This document shows, in pieces, positions 34,989 through 47,191 of a stretch of 64,000 nucleotides of DNA. A program made the translations under genes and the position numbers. The stretch covers positions 15,874,001 through 15,938,000 of the forward strand of contig CM119371.1 of NCBI GenBank assembly GCA_051294905.1, in the 5' to 3' direction. The DNA comes from Botryllus schlosseri (taxonomy: Eukaryota). How positions within the stretch are numbered: position 1 is the stretch's first letter; each line of letters starts with the position of its first letter. The notes under the pieces are model-generated. The model worked only from the letters and a program-made list of their open reading frames with translations. It ran no database searches and was not told the DNA's origin.

Positions 34989-35396
34989 TAGTGCAGATCA
35001 TGGACCGGAGCCGGATTGGATATCCGGCCGGACTTTTACAATTTTGACCGGACCGGATCGGAGCCGGATCAGTACTTTTTCTGTTACGGCCGGAGCCGGA
35101 TCGGAGTCGGATCACTACTTTTTTGATCCGGCCAGAATCTTTATGGATAAGCATAACTTTTATAACTATATAACTACCAACCAACCACACGTAAATAACC
35201 ACCAAGCCAGTGTGAGCATAAACGGGGCATATTTATAAATTCACGGAACTTCCGTACCGAATAGGGCCGGATTTCTGGCCAGACTTTTTCATTTTTGACC
35301 GGAACCGGATTGGAGTCGGATCAGTACTTTTCCTGATGGGGCCGGAGCCGGATCGGAGCCGGACCAGAGAATTTGTCGATCCGCTCATCCGCACTA
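34989..35396. mobile_element. MITE with CCGGA/GATCGG arrays
   Basis: TIRs are TAGTGCAGAT and ATCCGCACTA. Perfect TSD CTTTACTA. Confidence 0.88.
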
Positions 35397-36137
35397 CTTT
35401 ACTAAGGGTTTCTACGTTCAACATGCATCCAGAGTTCAAAGAAGTTGTTGACAACTTTGATCGAACAAGCCATCTGCGGTACAGAACTTCAGAACAACGT
35501 GAAAGAATAACTTCATATTGTTAATTTATTCGCTAAAAGCTTTTCGGCTGACACTCATCAGTAGCGAACGTCAGTAATAGGGTGAAACAAATTCGAAATG
35601 TAGGAACTATTTCGTCTGTATTACGTAATAATAACATAAACAAAGCTAGTAGACAGGCGAGATACGGTAGTAACGATACAAAACAAACGTTAACGAGTAC
35701 ATATTCGGTTATAAATAACCGGAGATAACAACACAAAATATTAATGAAATATTCCAAGAGTGTAGAGGCGCTCCTTCTGGCGACAGAGAATCGGCTTTCG
35801 CAGCTTTATGATTGTAGACTTCAGGACCTTCAAATGAAAAAGAGAACGACCACGAACAACTATAGAAAATGGACTGTCATTGTAATGATTAGCACATTCT
35901 GGATGGGATAAGAGATGCTGTCCGATAGCCGAATGACAACTAGTAACTTGATCATAATCAAGCAGTGTTTTAACAGACTGGGATGATGGAGTTGAAGAAA
36001 CATTACTTATTCAAATTTGCCGTGGGACATGTTGGGGAATTCTTTGCTGCAAGCGCTGAGACGTGCGAATTACATACGGACTATCGCATCGGCACTTGTA
36101 CCCATGTCCGGCCTGTCAACTGGAGAAGTTGCCCGCC

Positions 36138-36420
36138 GATGGTTTATTAGCATTTTTCGTCGGTTCAGTAGGCCTACACCACAAAATTGCGACACAATGA
36201 AAAAATAGGAAGGTGTCGAAACGACTTGCAGTAGTCTACGGAATCGGATACCCACCTTCGCCTAGGCGATGAAAAGAGGAGGCATGCTCATCGAATGAAA
36301 AGTAAAAGAAGATGATATAAAAAGTAACCGACGAAACGATGTAACAGAAGGCGAGATCGAAGGTCAGGTCGTGTTCCGGTAATCTTGATGGCAGACTAGC
36401 ATTCATTTAGTAGAAATTGC
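36138..36420 (-). mobile_element. LINE 3'-end fragment
   Basis: Homologous to 40785-41065 (AGTCTACGGAATCGGATACCCACCTTCGCCTAGGCGATG and TCCGGTAATCTTGA). Confidence 0.8.
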
Positions 36421-36730
36421 ATGAGGGATAACAGGTGCAGGAACGTATCTATTGGTAATGACCTCAGCTTGGAAATTCGATACACGTGTCTTTTGCTGAA
36501 TAGTCAAACAAGAAGCAAAATATACAAAACAAATTATTCAGCAGTCATTGGAATACAGTTATATTTGAAGACAACAAGTGGGATTGCTTTTTCGGCTATA
36601 GTAGGCAGTGATTGCTGACGTAGCAAGATTCACAGTGCATTAAATTATTTATGTTCCAATGCCAGAATACATTTACTTAATTACAATAAAATCATGAAAT
36701 GAGAAATGCTGTCTCTACTCAGTTTATTTA

Positions 36731-37773
36731 AGTGTTTCGCAAAATTTTCGAGCTACCGCCCCCTGGATAACGAATAAAGTGCCAGAGCATCCCGACACCC
36801 CCATCACCACGCCTAAATCATTAAAAAAAATTTGTTCCTAATTTTTTACAGCTAATAATGAGACGGACCAAGCTAATGTAATAATACCACCATCCTCGTC
36901 ATATTGGGTTCCAGTTTCGATAATAATAATCATAATAATATTTCCAGTGTACGCGTCCCGTACCGCAAGTCGGTTTCTGCTTGTGAGTCAGAAACTTTGT
37001 CACGTCACTGACAACATCAAATATGGGGACACGACGAAAAAGTCAAACCGACTCCAATTAGTGTATTTCTATTTGATTGAATTGTGAATCCAGAACGAAT
37101 GATTGGAGATATGGAACTTTGACTGAACACAAAATTGTTCTACACGACAATGCAATCAGCTCCTAAATCATTTCATGCTCGGGAAGTTCACAGAATGGAT
37201 TGATTATCCAGTAAGGAAGTTATAATTGGAATATATCCTGGAATCCCATCACCATATCCTCCTGCAATTTTCTGAAATGATTGATTCATGTTTCTTCACC
37301 AAAATTGGGTATTCGAGCTGGACCGGTAGATCACGCAAGCTTGAGAATTGGAACAGTTCACGTGTCGCAAAATTTATGTGAAATATGACGGGCTTATCAC
37401 TGAATCTGGACAGTGCTATTTTCACCTTTATCAGGTTTCATCATTACTAAGAACGGAAAATGTGCCCGTCAAGTCGAAGCGATATCGTTTCTCGCAACCG
37501 GAACGCCGTGTCGAAGGCCACGGTCGCAGCGCTGTGAAAATCCACGATTGTTTGAAACAGAAAAACATCACGCAAGACAGTTTCTCGTGAACCCATCAAA
37601 CCTTGCAGCAGTGAGCAATAACTGCTCAAATGCTTCGTAGTTCTCACAGCACATAATTAACCACGCTTTTTGGGCTACTGCCGACTGCTAAATTAGTCTA
37701 TTGATGGACAAGATCAACATTGTCAAGTAACAATAGAGTTTTCCGGGCAAGCTGAATAAATAGACAGACGACC
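36731..37773 (-). mobile_element. Second copy of the Buster-derived element
   Basis: Colinear with 16519-17640. Minus-strand remnant HFRKLQEDMVMGFQDIFQL*LPYWIINPF at ~37190-37280. Confidence 0.8.
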
Positions 37774-37953
37774 TGGAGGTTTATCTAGGCTCCTCCTCGC
37801 CACCTCATCCTCATAAGCGGTGTTTTACAAAAAGCCTAGAAGTGGGCCATGCTATAAGTCGGCAGTTACGGAATAAAAATGAAGAATATTGGCCTGGTGT
37901 AAATGACCATAGTAGTCGACAAATACCGTGAATACCACAAAAACAAACAAACC
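37774..37953 (+). mobile_element. 5'-truncated SINE (shared domain plus AAAC tail)
   Basis: Reads GGAGGTTTATCTAGGCTCCTCCTCGCC...GTAGTCGACAAATACC...AAAACAAACAAACC. It is the empty-site version of 8521-12923. Confidence 0.8.
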
Positions 37954-38300
37954 TTAAATTGCGGAATTAGTGCGACACTAGCTTTCGATTAGGACCATAC
38001 ATATCAAATTTCGACACTTGGATCGCCAGGTATGGGACTATCAATTCTGCTGCTTTTAGCCGGCTCAGCAGTTCGCTTCTCGGCGTATTCAATCGTGAGT
38101 CACGTGTTGCGAATCCATCCGTTGGTTAGTAATCTAAAAATTGTATACAATGGCAGCCGAGGCCAGCATGGCGGTAAAAATTAAAAAAACTTCGCCCGCA
38201 AGGGCGCAGTCAAGGGCTTCCGCGAATGGATCCACCAAATTCCTTGTCAATATTTCAAGAGAATGCATTATAAGTCAATTATTTTATGTTGTGCTTTTGT

Positions 38301-38488
38301 CAGGTCTCAATAGCAATCTAATGTAATTGAAATTGTAATTGAGCAAAATTTTTGTCAAATTACAATTACAATTACAATTACAATTACACAAAATAAAAAT
38401 GCTTCAATTACAATTACGTTACAATTACATTGAAAAATGTAATTAATTACATTCAATTACAATTACAATTACAATTGATCCAACTCTG
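38301..38488. mobile_element. MITE remnant with (AATTAC)n array
   Basis: GTAATT motifs followed by AATTAC motifs, ending GATCCAACTCTG. Confidence 0.65.
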
Positions 38489-39520
38489 GTTACAATATGT
38501 ATTATGGTAGAAATAATTAAAATATTTTGTAGTACAACGAGAGATACTTTCCTACATTCTGGGGTAGAAAGTGCACGTTCTTACTAAGAAGCTTGCCAAG
38601 GACGTTCAACAGCAGCAGTTGTTGGCTGACAACACTCAAGTTGTGCGTTCACTGCTGGTGCTGGTGACACACCGTGTTGCTTCACTCTGACAATGTTGTC
38701 TACATCACAAATTTTCATCATGCGCTTCTTAATCGCAATTTTAGCAAACCGATTCAAATTCGGTGAAAATTGCAGATTTTAAAAGGGTTAATATAAGAAT
38801 GATGCAATGCACAAGAAGTCTTTCATCAGTTAGGATATTGCGGTACGTTGACCATAATACCATATGTCTACCTATTATTTGCTTAATTTGACCGTTTATG
38901 ATTCACAATGAGCATACGATTAGCCGTTTACAATGGTAGGCCTATAAAATAGGCTAACAGCGGTAAAATATCAAATTATAAGTTCACCGACAGTGCAAAA
39001 TCTACGATACAAACAAAATGCAGACGTCAAAAATTTTTTGACTTCATGAAAAATTATGACAAATTTTGACCTAACGCTACAATTTTGACAAAATTTTGAC
39101 AAATTTTGACATGTCAAAACAAACCGCCCTAGTAATCACCTTCCCAAATGCTACTATATGTATATGAGGGTGAGTTAGCGTACCACCACCATTGACGTCG
39201 AGGAGGCCCCCGTTTCATTCTTGGACGTAGCAAGCTCCGTAGCGTCGAAGATTTGTCTGATATTCTCCTCCTCTACAATTCGCGTTGCTCAAAGTGTCAT
39301 ATCAAAAACAAGCCCAGAGAAATACCAGATCAAGGAAAAAAACAAGGGATATAATAAAAAGAGCTAGAAAGTCTAAAAAATACAAAGGTCGAACACTGGC
39401 TTTAGCCAGAGGGGACGCCATATTGAGAGCAGACATGGGGTGATTACTTCATGAATGTAATCGATTGCGATTACGATTACTTCTGAATCACGCGATTACG
39501 ATTACGATTACAGCAAAATC

Positions 39521-42408
39521 CCTACAGGGTTGGTGCGATGACATGCAAAATAAGGTCAAAAACATGCAAAATAAGGTCAGTAGCGACATGCAAAATAAGG
39601 TCAGTCACATGCAAAATAAGGTCAGTCGCGACATGCAAAATAAGGTCAGTCCGCGCATAAATCCAAATCTATACTTCAATTACTAATCCAACTTTTTTCT
39701 TATGAAAAATAAATTCAAAATATCTTTCCTGTATAACAGCCTACTTTCAACATTGAAATTCCTTATCTATATCCTAAATCCTGAGATGTTTCAATCAAAA
39801 GATAATCATGATTATCTTGATTATGAAGTCAGTCGCATGTACAATATTATTATCAGTCCACGCATAAATCCAAATCCACACTTCAATTACAAATCCAATT
39901 CTTTTTTTTTATGAAAAATAAATTCAAAATATCTTTCCTATATAGTAATTTCATGATTGACATTCCCCATCTATATCCTAAATCTGAAGATGTTTCAACA
40001 AAATGTAATCAGACGATTCTTACGATTACGGGGTGAGTCGCATGTAGAATATTAACAGTCCGCGTATAAATCCAAATATTTACTTCAAATCCTACTTTTC
40101 TCTTATGCCACTGACCTTATTCTGCAATCTGCATGTCGCGACTGACCCTATTTCGCATGCCCCTGACCTTATTTTGCATGAGACTGACCTTATTTTGCTT
40201 GTCGCGACTGACCTTATTTTGCATGCGGCTGACCTTATTTTGCATGTGACTGACCTTATTTTGCATGTCGCGACTGACCTTATTTTGCATGTGACTGACC
40301 TTATTTTGCATGTGACTGACCTTATTTTGCATGCAGTCCGCGCAAAAATCATAATTCCAAATCCAACTTTTTTCTACTGGAAATCAAAATATAAATTTTG
40401 TTACCTACACTACTTTTAACATTGAAATATCAAAATTCGAATGAAAATTCAGATATATGTCCCCGTGAAAATTGAAATTCCAAATATAGGGGAAGACTGG
40501 GAGCAATGTTACAGTGGTGGGTTGTTTCAGCCGTTACGAAAAAGTGGATATAAATGGTCAGGCCATTGTGTCATTATACCGCCTGCGTCACAAAATCTTC
40601 ATCCGTTGTTTCTGACTTTGTTTCGTTGGAATTCTTTGTAAAAATTTGCCTATCTGGAATGTTTCGAGTGTTTCATAATCTTAGGAATCTTATAATCAGC
40701 CATACTCATTCCGCGTTAAACATGATGAAAATTCTATACTCTCCGCGAATAGAGTCCCTGAATTTCTATGTCATCATCATCATCGGTTTATTGGCAATTT
40801 TATCAGTTCAATACACCACAATAACGCGATACTATGAAAAGACAGGAAGATACCGAAGCGACTTGGAGTAGTCTATGGAATCAGACACCCACCTTGGCCT
40901 AGGCGATGTAAAATAAGGCATGCACACTGAATGAAAGTAGAAAAGATAGTATAGAAAAAGAAAGCGACAAGAAACAGGGCGGCATGTCATGGAAATCTAG
41001 ATCGATAGGTCAGTCGTTGTCCGGTAATCTTGAGGATGGTCTGTATTTATTTAGTAGTAATTGCTTGTATTTCGACTTGAATGTGGACATGCTTGTCGAC
41101 TGTCGGATGGCCGGCGGAATACTGTTCCACACATCAGGTCCGGGATATTTGATAGAGCGATGATCTTTTCGGTCGATCATATGATATTTGGACGCGCGTG
41201 TGTTGTACTTGTGCGCTTTTGAATCCGAGGTAAAGTCATTTAAGTATTCGGGGCAACGACCGCAGTGGAACTGATACGTAAACGTGGCGATTTCTAGTTT
41301 CCGAATATCTTCTATGTTTAGGACACCGAATCTCTTCAGCAGAGACTTGTTGGATGGGCAGCCAGGCCCCTGGGCCCAGCCAGGCCCCTTGATGATATGC
41401 AAAATAAGGTCGCAATAAGTCGCTACACGCAGAATAAGGACAGTCTATGCAGAATAAGATCAGTCACTTGCAAAATAAGGTCAGTCGCATGCAAAATAAG
41501 GTCAGTCGCATGCAAAATAAGGTCAGTCACATGAAAAATACGGTCAGTCACATGCAAAATAAGGTCAGTCGCATGCAAAATAAGGTCAGTCGCGACATGC
41601 AAAATAAGGTCAGTCACATGCAAAATAAGGTCAGTCGCATGCAAAATAAGGTCAGTCACATGCAAAATACGGTCAGTCGCGACATGCAAAATAAGGTCAG
41701 TCACATGCAAAATACGGCCAGTCGCGACATGCAAAATAGGGTCAGTCACATGCAAAATAAGGTCGGTCGCATGCGAAATACGGTCAGTCGCCACACGCAG
41801 ATTGCCGAATAAGGTCAGTGGCATAAGAAAACAGTAGGATTTGAAGTAAACATTTGGATTTATACGCGGACTCTTTATATTCTACATGCGACTCACCTCT
41901 CGTAATTGTAATGATCGTGTGATTACATTTTGTTGAAACATCTTCAGATTTAGGATATAGATGGGGAATGTCAATCATGAAATTACTATATAGGAAAGAT
42001 ATTTTGAATTTATTTTTCATAAGAAAAAGAGTTGGATTTGTAATTGAAGTATGGATTTGGATTTATGCGCGGACCGATAATAATATTCTACATGCGACCG
42101 ACTTCGTAATCAAGATAATCATGATTATCTTTTGATTGAAAAATCTTAAGATTTGGAATATAGATAAGGAATTTCAATGTTGAAAGTAGGCTACTATACA
42201 GGAAAGATAATTTCAATTTATTTTTCATAAGAAAAAAGTTGGATTTGTAATTGGAGTATAGATTTGGATTTATGTGCGGACTGACCTTATTTTGCATGTC
42301 GCGACTGACCTTATTTTGCATGTCACTGACCTTATTTTGCATGTCGCGACTGACCTTATTTTGCATGTTTTTGACCTTATTTTGCATGTCATCGCACCAA
42401 CCCTCCTC
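39521..42408. mobile_element. Foldback-like element with ~0.8-1.0-kb modular inverted arms
   Basis: 39526-40335 is the reverse complement of ~41445-42404 (ends AGGGTTGGTGCGATGACATGC and GCATGTCATCGCACCAACCCT). The arms contain 21/24-bp CATGCAAAATAAGGTCAGTC(GCG)A tandem units. GCAAAATC is duplicated at 39513-39520 and 42409-42416. It is inserted in a (GATTAC)n MITE. Confidence 0.88.
40772..41365 (-). mobile_element. CR1/L2-clade LINE 3' end (ORF2 C-terminus, 3' UTR, (GAT)n tail)
   Basis: The minus-strand ORF reads LLKRFGVLNIEDIRK...HKYNTR...SIKYPGPDVWNSIPPAIRQSTSMSTFKSKYKQLLL, the typical WNxLP C-terminus. A CATCATCATCATC tail lies at 40772-40784. Confidence 0.88.
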
Positions 42409-44859
42409 GCAAAATCGGGTAGTAGTCGATTACGATTACGATTAAATTGGAAAAGTAATCACGATTACTCACGATTACATTTATTTTGCATCGTAGTAGA
42501 TATATTGGACGGCAATACATGGATTGCGCTGGAAAGGCCCAATGATATAACAACTGTCTTTAAAAAAGATGGACGTTTCCTTGTTACGTCATAATGTACC
42601 CATTGTCCATTTTATAGAGGACGGTTTATCGCACCCAATGATTTGCATTCTTGCCAGGTCCATAACTGCCGCACCCCCAATTCCCCAATAGGGTGGGGAG
42701 CGTGGTTGGAGGGGACTCAAAAGTATTTTGTAAACCAACATAAATTATAGAGCATTTTCGAGAGATTTCATTAACTTGGAATTTCTCTTTGAGCTTTGCG
42801 ATTTAAATGTCTCTAGATAGCTTGATTTCGAAATGCATACGTCTCCCCCTCCAGAAATAAAGCATGCATAATTCATAGTAATAGGCATTTAGGTGCCAGT
42901 CAATACTGCTCCTCGACACATCAAAAGACATATGCAGTTTCGGCCAACATGAGGCTCCACGAAGTGTGCTATTAAAGAAATACATTGGCCAAAACTTAGG
43001 GTATGTATCCATTGTTAATAGCCGCGTTGGGTGGGCGTGACTAACATTCCATTCCTTCCAATCTGAGCCCACGATGCAAATGCCACGCGGGCACCCACAG
43101 AGCATTAGACATGACAATTTTTGTGTGCGTCTCACGCAAGTTTTTCATTTAGTCTGCTGTTTGGGCCACTACAATCAATGTCTTTTGGCTATATAATAGA
43201 CAGGAGTTCACGAATTAACAACATACAATAAAGTAATTATTGCAAGACACCAGATGTTATATTTATGAATTACGCCCCCCTCCCCTTAGCTACTTATCAA
43301 TTTGAACGTGGATAGCGAAACGTTGTTTGCATTTTTGATGTGCAATGAGAATATCACTTCCAAGGCAGTTCATTTCTCGTCATCATTGATCATGCATTCT
43401 ACGTTAGTCGCGCGGATGCAATCTTTACATTTGGAATATTGCATAGATCTTTAAATAGTACTTTGGAATTACACTAAACATATGGCGATTGGCATTTGAA
43501 TTTTCATATTGTCTAGGGACGTATCCGCAGATAAAAGACTATATGGATCTGTGTCAAATCTCAGAGTTTAATTATATTGGAGTTCTTTGGGGTGAGGGTG
43601 ATTTGGTTCGATTCTTCAGTAGTTAAAAGTTAGACTGATAAAAATCGAATGCCTGGCAGTAACAGTGTCGCGGAGTCATCGTTATGTCAAACAAAGCACA
43701 CAGTTTTAGTTAAAGTCCAGTTTGCGTTGAATTCCAAGGTATAGAAAACCCGAGTCGCTACTTCTGTCATCAGCAACAGTTCGCAACGATTGCCATAGAA
43801 TCGATCATCTCTCATCACGAACATACGGGCAGTATCCTTTTGTACTTCAGCAAACGTATCGAATTAGGGAATTGGTGATATTGGTACTTACTACGATGCA
43901 TGCATGGTCAGTGGTCACTGTGCACTGTGTGCAGTTCCATTCGTCCTCGACGCAATACAAATAAAGTGTCGGTTTCGAAACTTGAAATAATTGATTGTTA
44001 TTTATCAACACAACAGCAAGCCCAGGTAACCGTATGGCGTATAACCACGTCGATATGAAACTGTCCGTTCCAATCCACCCTTGTTTCAGTTAGCTGGCAA
44101 TCTTTCGATGCATGAAAGCTTGGAATTATGACATACCAAGTTCAGAATTAATACCCAGGTGGCCAATTTCGAGCTAGTTCAAGACGTGGGCCACAAAACA
44201 TTTTCAAACCGGAAAATATACCATGACCAAAAATATATGTGATATATGAAAGGGAAAGAATGACGGTTTACCGTATAAGGTGGCTACGAATACATTGCAC
44301 GTTAGCCTATACATACATTGACGCTAAATGATTGCTGAAATTTGCGTTCTAGGTATTTCTAAGAGTCTCGGAACTTAATTAGTTATCTCATGATTCCGAT
44401 TGCCTCTTTCCACGTAATCAGCACACCGCAATCAATGTAGACGTACAGTATAGTCGCCATCAAAAGACTCTTCATTAACGTTGCAACGTCTCTGCGGACG
44501 CACCAAATTAGAAGTTACACCTGCGTCGAGAACGACAGTATTTTTTGTAAGCAAGAAAAATGGTAAAGTGCAGCAGTAACAAGTCGCAAAACCGTACGGA
44601 CGGAAAATGGCATGTGAAACTGCGCAATAGGATTTTTAAATCTCGAATGTCGTCGATCGGTACGAAGAAAATGAACGTCAAAGCTGTACCGCAGTTTGCA
44701 GAATACTACATCGCCGAGGAAGCTGTGAGGTAAGACTTGCAATAATGCTATACAGGCCTTGTCCGTTATCGTAACTGATATCACTAGCGCTGAGATCCCT
44801 CAAGTCATACGCATCGAATGTACAGTATATACAGTACTGTGAACGGGTATGGTGTATTC

Positions 44860-46158
44860 TAGGGATGGTGTGAACCTCCGAAAGGTTCAGGTTCGTGTGA
44901 ACGCGAACCTTTTTCAAAGGTTTTATGTGAACGCGAACGTGAACCTCATGACGTCACGCGACGTCATATTGCTAATTTCAACCCTACATTTCCGTGAGGG
45001 GATAGCCTATTTTAATGTACACGATACATATAGCGACGACTCGGGACACACAATGCCACAATTCTGAATTATTGAGGTTCGAAACGTCGACAAAAATATG
45101 AACTGGGGCGATCAAATAGTATCAATATCTTCCGTCGCTTTGCCAGCAATTTCAATGTGGACTGGCAAGGGAATATAATCTTACGCCTTAACGATCTATA
45201 TAGGCTAGACTGGACAATATTCGGCGTCTTGAGTATTGCTAAGATGATATTGAGCAGAGTGTAAAACGGGTTTCTTACAGCTACCGATATTACCCCATTA
45301 ACAAGTTATGCAGCAGTAGTAGGGTTACCATATTTTAGAAATCTGAAAATAGGACACTTTTCAAAATTTTCAGACTTGCAACACCGGAGGAAAATCCTGA
45401 AAAATGGTGAATTTTTTCCACTTCGTGGTCGGTTAACTAACAAAAATAGGTCAACTTTCCTGTTCAGCTCCCGAAACAGTGCTGATATACTGTATCTCCG
45501 TCAAATTTTGGCCCTATGTATAACCACCAAAAATTTCAAAAAGGGCAGTTGGGCGTCCTCCGGGACACCTTCAAAAAAGTAAAAAAGAGGACAAATCACT
45601 TAAAAGAGGACGTATGGTAACCCTAAGCAGTAGAGAACACTCCAATCGCACGGATTTGGTTCTTGTGATACAATAATCATATGAAATCAAGATTGAACGC
45701 GTACGCCTGCTAAATTTCTTACACCGGACATCGATATCAATTTCATTGATTGGTTAAATAAGCATCATTCGCTGACTACCTAAATGTAGTGTATTTCGCT
45801 CTTGATGTTGTGTGATTGCGGGTCAAGCTCGCAGCAGAGAGTCACTAAATATTCACAAAATGGTAGCTGGATATTTCGAGCGAACTTATGTAACAAAGCA
45901 AGTGAATTTTTGAGAATGGCAAGGTGCATGCCCGTTTGGGGTTGATTTTTTTATACTGCCAGCGCCATGCATAGAGTGGTGCGAAGTTGTAATGCAAATA
46001 ATTCCAACCAAACATGCTATAATGACGTGAAAATGATAATCTATGAAAAAGTTTCACAGTGCAGAACCTACCAAGGTCCGTTTGTGAACGTGAACCTCTA
46101 AATTTCTGAGGTTCACACACAGAACGCGAACGTGAACCTCACGCTCACACCATCCCTA
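44860..46158 (+). mobile_element. GTGAAC-array hAT MITE, copy 1
   Basis: TIRs are TAGGGATGGTGTGA and TCACACCATCCCTA. Perfect TSD GTGTATTC. Confidence 0.93.
45320..45625. mobile_element. Nested TAGGGTTACCATA-family MITE
   Basis: TIRs are TAGGGTTACCATA and TATGGTAACCCTA. Perfect 8-bp TSD AGCAGTAG. Confidence 0.93.
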
Positions 46159-46204
46159 GTGTATTCTGCCAATTTCAAACTCAACGTGATGGTAAATCCG
46201 ATAC

Positions 46205-47191
46205 AGGGATGGTGGGAACGGGGGAGGTTCACGTTCGTGTTTTGTGTGTGAACCTCAGAAATTTAGAGGTTCACGTTCACAAGCGAACCTTTCACTGTGA
46301 ACCTTTTTCATATATTACAATTTCCACTTCATTAAACATCTTTGATTGAAATCTATTGGATTTCAAATACGGGCCACTCCATGCAAAGAACTGGCAGCAT
46401 AAAAATCAACACTAAACGAGCATGCACCTTGACAATCTTGAAAATCTTACTTGCTTTGTAACAAAAGTGTGCTCGAAATATCCAGCTATACCAGTTTGTG
46501 AATATTTAGTGACTCTCTGCTGCGAGCTTGACCCGCAATCACACAGCACCACGATCGGAATACACTACATCTAGGTATAGTCAGCGAATGATGCTTATTC
46601 ATATATTCAACCAATTAATGAAATAGATATCGTTGGCTGACGTAAAAAATTCTAGGACGCGTACGGGGTCAATCTCGACTTCATATGTAGAAACCAATCC
46701 GGTGCGATTGAAGTGTTAGCAACTGCTGTATAACTTGTTAATGGGGTTATATCGGTAGCAAGTATAGTAACCCGTATTACACTCTGCTCAACATCAACGC
46801 AGCAATACTCACACCGAATATATTGTCCGTTCTGGCTTAGACCCTTAAGGCGTATAAGCTTATATTCCCTTGCAAGTAATTTTCCAAATTTTTGGCAAAG
46901 CGACGGAAGATAGCGACTTTATTGTATATGATATCATTTGATTGGTCCAGTTCATACATTTGGCGACGTTCAAAACGCAAATGTGTACTTCAGTATTTTG
47001 GCGTTATGTGGCCCGCGTTGTCGCTAGGTATCGTGTGCAATAGGCTGTCGCTCTACTGAAATGGAGGGTTGGAATTAGCAGAATGACGTCACGTGACGTC
47101 ATGAGGTTCACGTTCGCGTTCACACAGAGCCTTCCAAAAAGGTTCGCGTTCACACGAACCTGAACCTTTCAGAGGTCCACACCATTCCCTT
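46205..47191 (-). mobile_element. GTGAAC-array MITE, copy 2 (inverted)
   Basis: Reverse complement of copies 1 and 3. Flanks TCCGATAC/TCCGGTAC. Confidence 0.88.

Noticed and set aside
39465..42594. Repetitive ORFs (MQNKVSH / TDLILHV repeats) and a CRISPR-like look
   Set aside because: These are translations of 21/24-bp tandem units in the foldback arms. There are no unique spacers or cas genes, and the context is eukaryotic.
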